From Bacteroidota bacterium (GTDB lineage Bacteria; Bacteroidota; Bacteroidia; JAIBAJ01): DNA of 64,000 nt. The position numbers and the translations under genes are program-made. The DNA lies in NCBI GenBank assembly GCA_947475205.1, contig CANJNG010000001.1:679-64678 (forward strand), in the 5' to 3' direction. Shown here piece after piece: positions 60,667 to 64,000 of the stretch; position 1 is the stretch's first letter, and every line of letters starts with the position of its first letter. A model generated the notes under the pieces. That model worked only from the letters and a program-made list of their open reading frames with translations, searched no databases and was not told the origin of the DNA.

Positions 60667-61518
60667 GTGCTTTCTCAGGACTTATCTATTGACTTAATCC
60701 GCTTAGCCATAGCTGAAGATATTGGCGATGGTGACCACAGTTCATTAGCCTGTATTCCTCTTAATGCAAAAGGTAAAGCTAAACTATTAGTTAAAGAAAA
60801 TGGCATTTTAGCTGGCATTTCGGTGGCTCAAAAAGTAGCTGAACTGATTTCAGCTGATTTAAAATTAGAAATCTGCTTAACGGATGGAGAGGAAATAAAC
60901 CCTGGCGATATAGCTTTTTGCCTTTCAGGCCCTGAGTTACAAATTTTGCAATCCGAAAGGCTTATTCTTAACTTTATGCAGCGAATGAGCGGCATTGCCA
61001 CTTTCACTAATCGATTAGTGAAAATGGTTAGCCATACTTCGGTTACGCTGCTCGATACTCGCAAAACCACGCCCGGGCTTCGATGGTTTGAGAAGGAAGC
61101 TGTACGAATTGGTGGAGGACAAAATCACCGCTTTGGCTTGTATGATATGGTGATGCTGAAAGATAACCATATTGACTTTGCCGGAGGAATAGAAAAAGCA
61201 ATCCAACTAACAAATTCCTATCTTCAAACTAAAGGTAAAGACTTGAAAATTGAAGTAGAAGTTCGCAATTTTGAGGAACTGGAAACGGTTTTAAGAACGG
61301 GTAATATCCATAGAATTATGCTGGATAACTTTTCCCCCAAAAGCATTAGAAAAGCCATAAATATTATTGACAAACGCTACGAAACTGAGGCTTCAGGCGG
61401 AATAAACGAAAGCAATTTAGAAAGCTATGCCGAAACCGGGGTCGACTATATTTCCATTGGAGCATTTACGCACCAAATTAAGTCGTTAGATTTATCCCTA
61501 AAGGCGGTGGTGGGCTGA
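60667..61518 (+). CDS. nadC: nicotinate-nucleotide diphosphorylase (carboxylating) / quinolinate phosphoribosyltransferase
   Basis: 283 aa with LLDTRKTTPGLR, MLDNFSP and GGINESNL motifs. Confidence 0.9.
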   Translation: MLSQDLSIDLIRLAIAEDIGDGDHSSLACIPLNAKGKAKLLVKENGILAGISVAQKVAELISADLKLEICLTDGEEINPGDIAFCLSGPELQILQSERLILNFMQRMSGIATFTNRLVKMVSHTSVTLLDTRKTTPGLRWFEKEAVRIGGGQNHRFGLYDMVMLKDNHIDFAGGIEKAIQLTNSYLQTKGKDLKIEVEVRNFEELETVLRTGNIHRIMLDNFSPKSIRKAINIIDKRYETEASGGINESNLESYAETGVDYISIGAFTHQIKSLDLSLKAVVG

Positions 61519-61532
61519 AAACCTTGCTAAAC

Positions 61533-61568
61533 AAAAAAGGCGATTTCTTTTAAGAAATCGCCTTTTTT
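61533..61568. terminator. bidirectional rho-independent terminator between nadC and the convergent TonB receptor gene
   Basis: AAAAAAGGCGATTTCTTTTAAGAAATCGCCTTTTTT. An A-tract and a T-tract flank a GC-containing hairpin. Confidence 0.8.
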
Positions 61569-61586
61569 GTTTATGTGAATTTGCAC

Positions 61587-64000
61587 TCAAAACTTCAAAC
61601 TATATTGCAAAGCCCAAACACGAGGCGGCATCATCACCAATGGGCGTAAGGCATATTCTCTATTAAGAAGATTGTTAACAATTAAAGACAAACGGCTGTG
61701 CTTATCAAAATCATAAGCTATGCGTAAGTCAACAACATAATCTCCATTGTTGTGATTTTTGCGATAGCGGGTTACGTTTCCAAAACCGGAACCATTGTTA
61801 TACGATTCAAATATTTTGTCAACATTCTGCATAAAACTATTGAACCGGAAACTGCCTCCCACAAGAATGCCTTTCCACTTAAACTCAAGGTCAGCCTTAA
61901 CTAAGTGCTGAAAACGATATTTCAAGATATTGTTAGTAGTGTCTGAACTTGTATTAATGTAGGTTCTATTGGCCACAGAATCATTGTCAAAAATATAATT
62001 AGGCTGCAATGCAACAGGCAGCATATAGGTATATCCGCATAAAGTATTAATTTCCACCTTACCTATTTTCCCTCCGCCTAAGAATGAAATATCAACTCCT
62101 GAAGAACGGGTATTACCTACATTAACTGAGCGAAAACCAAGCCCACTCAGCCCTCCGGTTGAGGATGTTGCTCCCCAAAAATTGAAAATAAATTCAATGT
62201 TATTTTTATACTCTTGTCTAAAGTATGCAAGATCCAAATATCCCATAAAGTTTCCAATTTTTATTCCCTGCTTTATTCCTGCTTCAGCGTTCCAACTGGT
62301 TTCCGAACCAAGAGTTTGATTAGGGTAAATACTTACTGGGCCAATATTGGTATTAATATATTTTTCTGAAATTGTTGGGAAGCGGAAGCCTTGCCCAAAG
62401 GAACTTCTTATGAAGGTATAGGTGAAAACTTTAACATTTAAGCCAGAACGGAATACTGGTTTACCTTGACTGTTCTTATTAATTGTAAAGTACTCATATC
62501 GCATACCTGCATTTATCGTTAGCCTATCCCAAAATGTTTTGTCGAGCTGTAAATAGCCAGCCAAATTACTTGCTTTGCTTTTACCTGATTTGTCCTCGTT
62601 GCCTGAATATAAACTCGCTTCAGCTATAGTATATGTCCCCATAAAGCCCGTTGTGAGTGTAAAATCCTTTACACCGTAGTCGTCAAAACGTTGCTGATAC
62701 TGATAATCGGCATAAAATAAATCTGATTTATTGGCTCTATTACCAGAGTTAGCATTATTCACATGAAACAATCTAGTACGTAATCCGTGTTTTGCTCCTT
62801 TCTTTCCAAAGTAGGTAAGAAAGGGGTCAATATTATACGTTGTTTGTTTGGTTTCTGTTACCGAGTTCGACCCAGCACGATATAACCCTGTGCTATCATT
62901 GTCCCATAGTAAAGAACCACTCGAATGGCTATACATAAAATTACCGTTTACACCAATTGAAAGACCTTCAACTTTTTTAAATCGGTAACGAAGATTCATA
63001 TTTACCCTCCCCCGACGCTCATAAGACCCTTCTTGACGAGTTAAGGTAGTATCTATTTTAGTGATTTTGCCATTTGCGTCTCTTACTTGTGTGGTGTCAA
63101 CTGCATAAGGAATGCCTAAAATGTATTTATCATTAAGGTTTGAGCCCGGCCCGATAAACCCTTGGTCATAAAATAAATTTCCGCCTAATACAAAATCCAA
63201 TTGTCCAATTTTACGAGAATGCAAAAAATTCAAATTAGATTGGATTGGGTTCACCTTTCCATAATACAAATTGTCTTTTGATTTAGGAGTATCATAAAAT
63301 CCGGTAGCAATAGAGATTTTGGTTAAAGGCACATCTCTTGGGTATGCTGTGCGGATGTTTATCACTCCATTTAAAGCAGCAGAACCGTACAATACAGAAG
63401 ACGCCCCTTTTATTACTTCAATTTGTTCTACGTTTTCTACGGGCAAAAAGCCCCAACTCGGCCGACCTGCATCACCTGAAAGCAATGGCAAATCATCAAC
63501 ACATACTAATACCCGGCTTCCCGCACCAAAGCTATATCCGCTTCCTCCTCTTATTTGTGGCTCGTTGTCTACAATAGTTACACCAGGTGTTTGTTGAACA
63601 GCCTGATCCATAGAGGTGGTGTTTTTATTCTCGATAATGTTTGGCTTAATTACCTCCATCGAAACGGTTACTTTCTCTAAGGGCTTGGCGAACTTACCTT
63701 CCGAATAAACAACCGTTCCCAATTCTTTTGAAGACGTTTCTAAGGTTATCTCCAATTCTACGGTGCCACCTTCTTTTACATCCACCGTTTTCTTTTGTTC
63801 AGCATAAGAAATATTGCTAAAAACGATAGTTTGTTTTCCCGCCGGAACTTTCATTTCAAACTGCCCATCGAGGTTGGTTGCAGTGCCCTTTGTCTTGTCT
63901 TTTTCCCAAACTACGTTCACGCCGGGTACCGTTTCTTTCGTTTTTCCGTCCTTTACTACTCCCTTTATAGTACCCGTTTGGGCGGACGCAAAAAAGTAAA
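61587..64000 (-). CDS. TonB-dependent receptor (SusC-like, with N-terminal carboxypeptidase-regulatory-like domain), 5' end beyond the window
   Basis: The C-terminal beta-barrel ends ...WALQYSLKF. The TonB-box/plug region is NPxxIEVIKGASSVLYGS. The reading frame stays open upstream of the listed GTG start through to position 64000 (...TGTIKGVVKDGKTKETVPGVNVV), so the true N-terminus is off-window. Confidence 0.85.
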   Translation of the reverse strand, partial: YFFASAQTGTIKGVVKDGKTKETVPGVNVVWEKDKTKGTATNLDGQFEMKVPAGKQTIVFSNISYAEQKKTVDVKEGGTVELEITLETSSKELGTVVYSEGKFAKPLEKVTVSMEVIKPNIIENKNTTSMDQAVQQTPGVTIVDNEPQIRGGSGYSFGAGSRVLVCVDDLPLLSGDAGRPSWGFLPVENVEQIEVIKGASSVLYGSAALNGVINIRTAYPRDVPLTKISIATGFYDTPKSKDNLYYGKVNPIQSNLNFLHSRKIGQLDFVLGGNLFYDQGFIGPGSNLNDKYILGIPYAVDTTQVRDANGKITKIDTTLTRQEGSYERRGRVNMNLRYRFKKVEGLSIGVNGNFMYSHSSGSLLWDNDSTGLYRAGSNSVTETKQTTYNIDPFLTYFGKKGAKHGLRTRLFHVNNANSGNRANKSDLFYADYQYQQRFDDYGVKDFTLTTGFMGTYTIAEASLYSGNEDKSGKSKASNLAGYLQLDKTFWDRLTINAGMRYEYFTINKNSQGKPVFRSGLNVKVFTYTFIRSSFGQGFRFPTISEKYINTNIGPVSIYPNQTLGSETSWNAEAGIKQGIKIGNFMGYLDLAYFRQEYKNNIEFIFNFWGATSSTGGLSGLGFRSVNVGNTRSSGVDISFLGGGKIGKVEINTLCGYTYMLPVALQPNYIFDNDSVANRTYINTSSDTTNNILKYRFQHLVKADLEFKWKGILVGGSFRFNSFMQNVDKIFESYNNGSGFGNVTRYRKNHNNGDYVVDLRIAYDFDKHSRLSLIVNNLLNREYALRPLVMMPPRVWALQYSLKF

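Overview
This reads as a Bacteroidota chromosomal segment of about 45-50% GC. The phylum call rests on T9SS/gliding-type C-terminal sorting domains, SusC-like TonB receptor architecture, and recurrent TAnnTTTG -7 promoter boxes. About 60 protein genes are supported, and no rRNA, tRNA or CRISPR was found. Housekeeping content includes NifU-like, korAB, dapD, acyl-CoA dehydrogenase, bcp, pth, pyruvate kinase, accA, mreBCD, an ACP, phosphoglucomutase-family mutase, fabG, an aromatic ammonia-lyase, a cysteine desulfurase, paaABC, dnaN, hppD and nadC. Several secreted or T9SS cargo proteins are also present. The parts that look accessory or unusual are: (i) an AT-rich (~30% GC) island at the 5' edge carrying a C-terminally truncated SIR2_2-like (candidate anti-phage) gene next to a BtrH_N/DUF4872 gene pair; (ii) a ~1.1 kb non-coding stretch (17715-18845) holding a 4+4 inverted array of CTATGTG sites and a ~394 bp MITE-like element with 24-bp terminal inverted repeats; (iii) two unrelated 42-bp tandem-repeat arrays in intergenic DNA (5 and ~12 copies); (iv) a tandem pair of paralogous Cys-rich mini-lipoproteins (CKKCGHC...GGGTWV[KS]D), each with its own terminator; (v) a perfect 41-bp palindrome in front of a DUF2975-XRE two-gene module. 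All calls come from reading the sequence and recalled family signatures. No database search was run.
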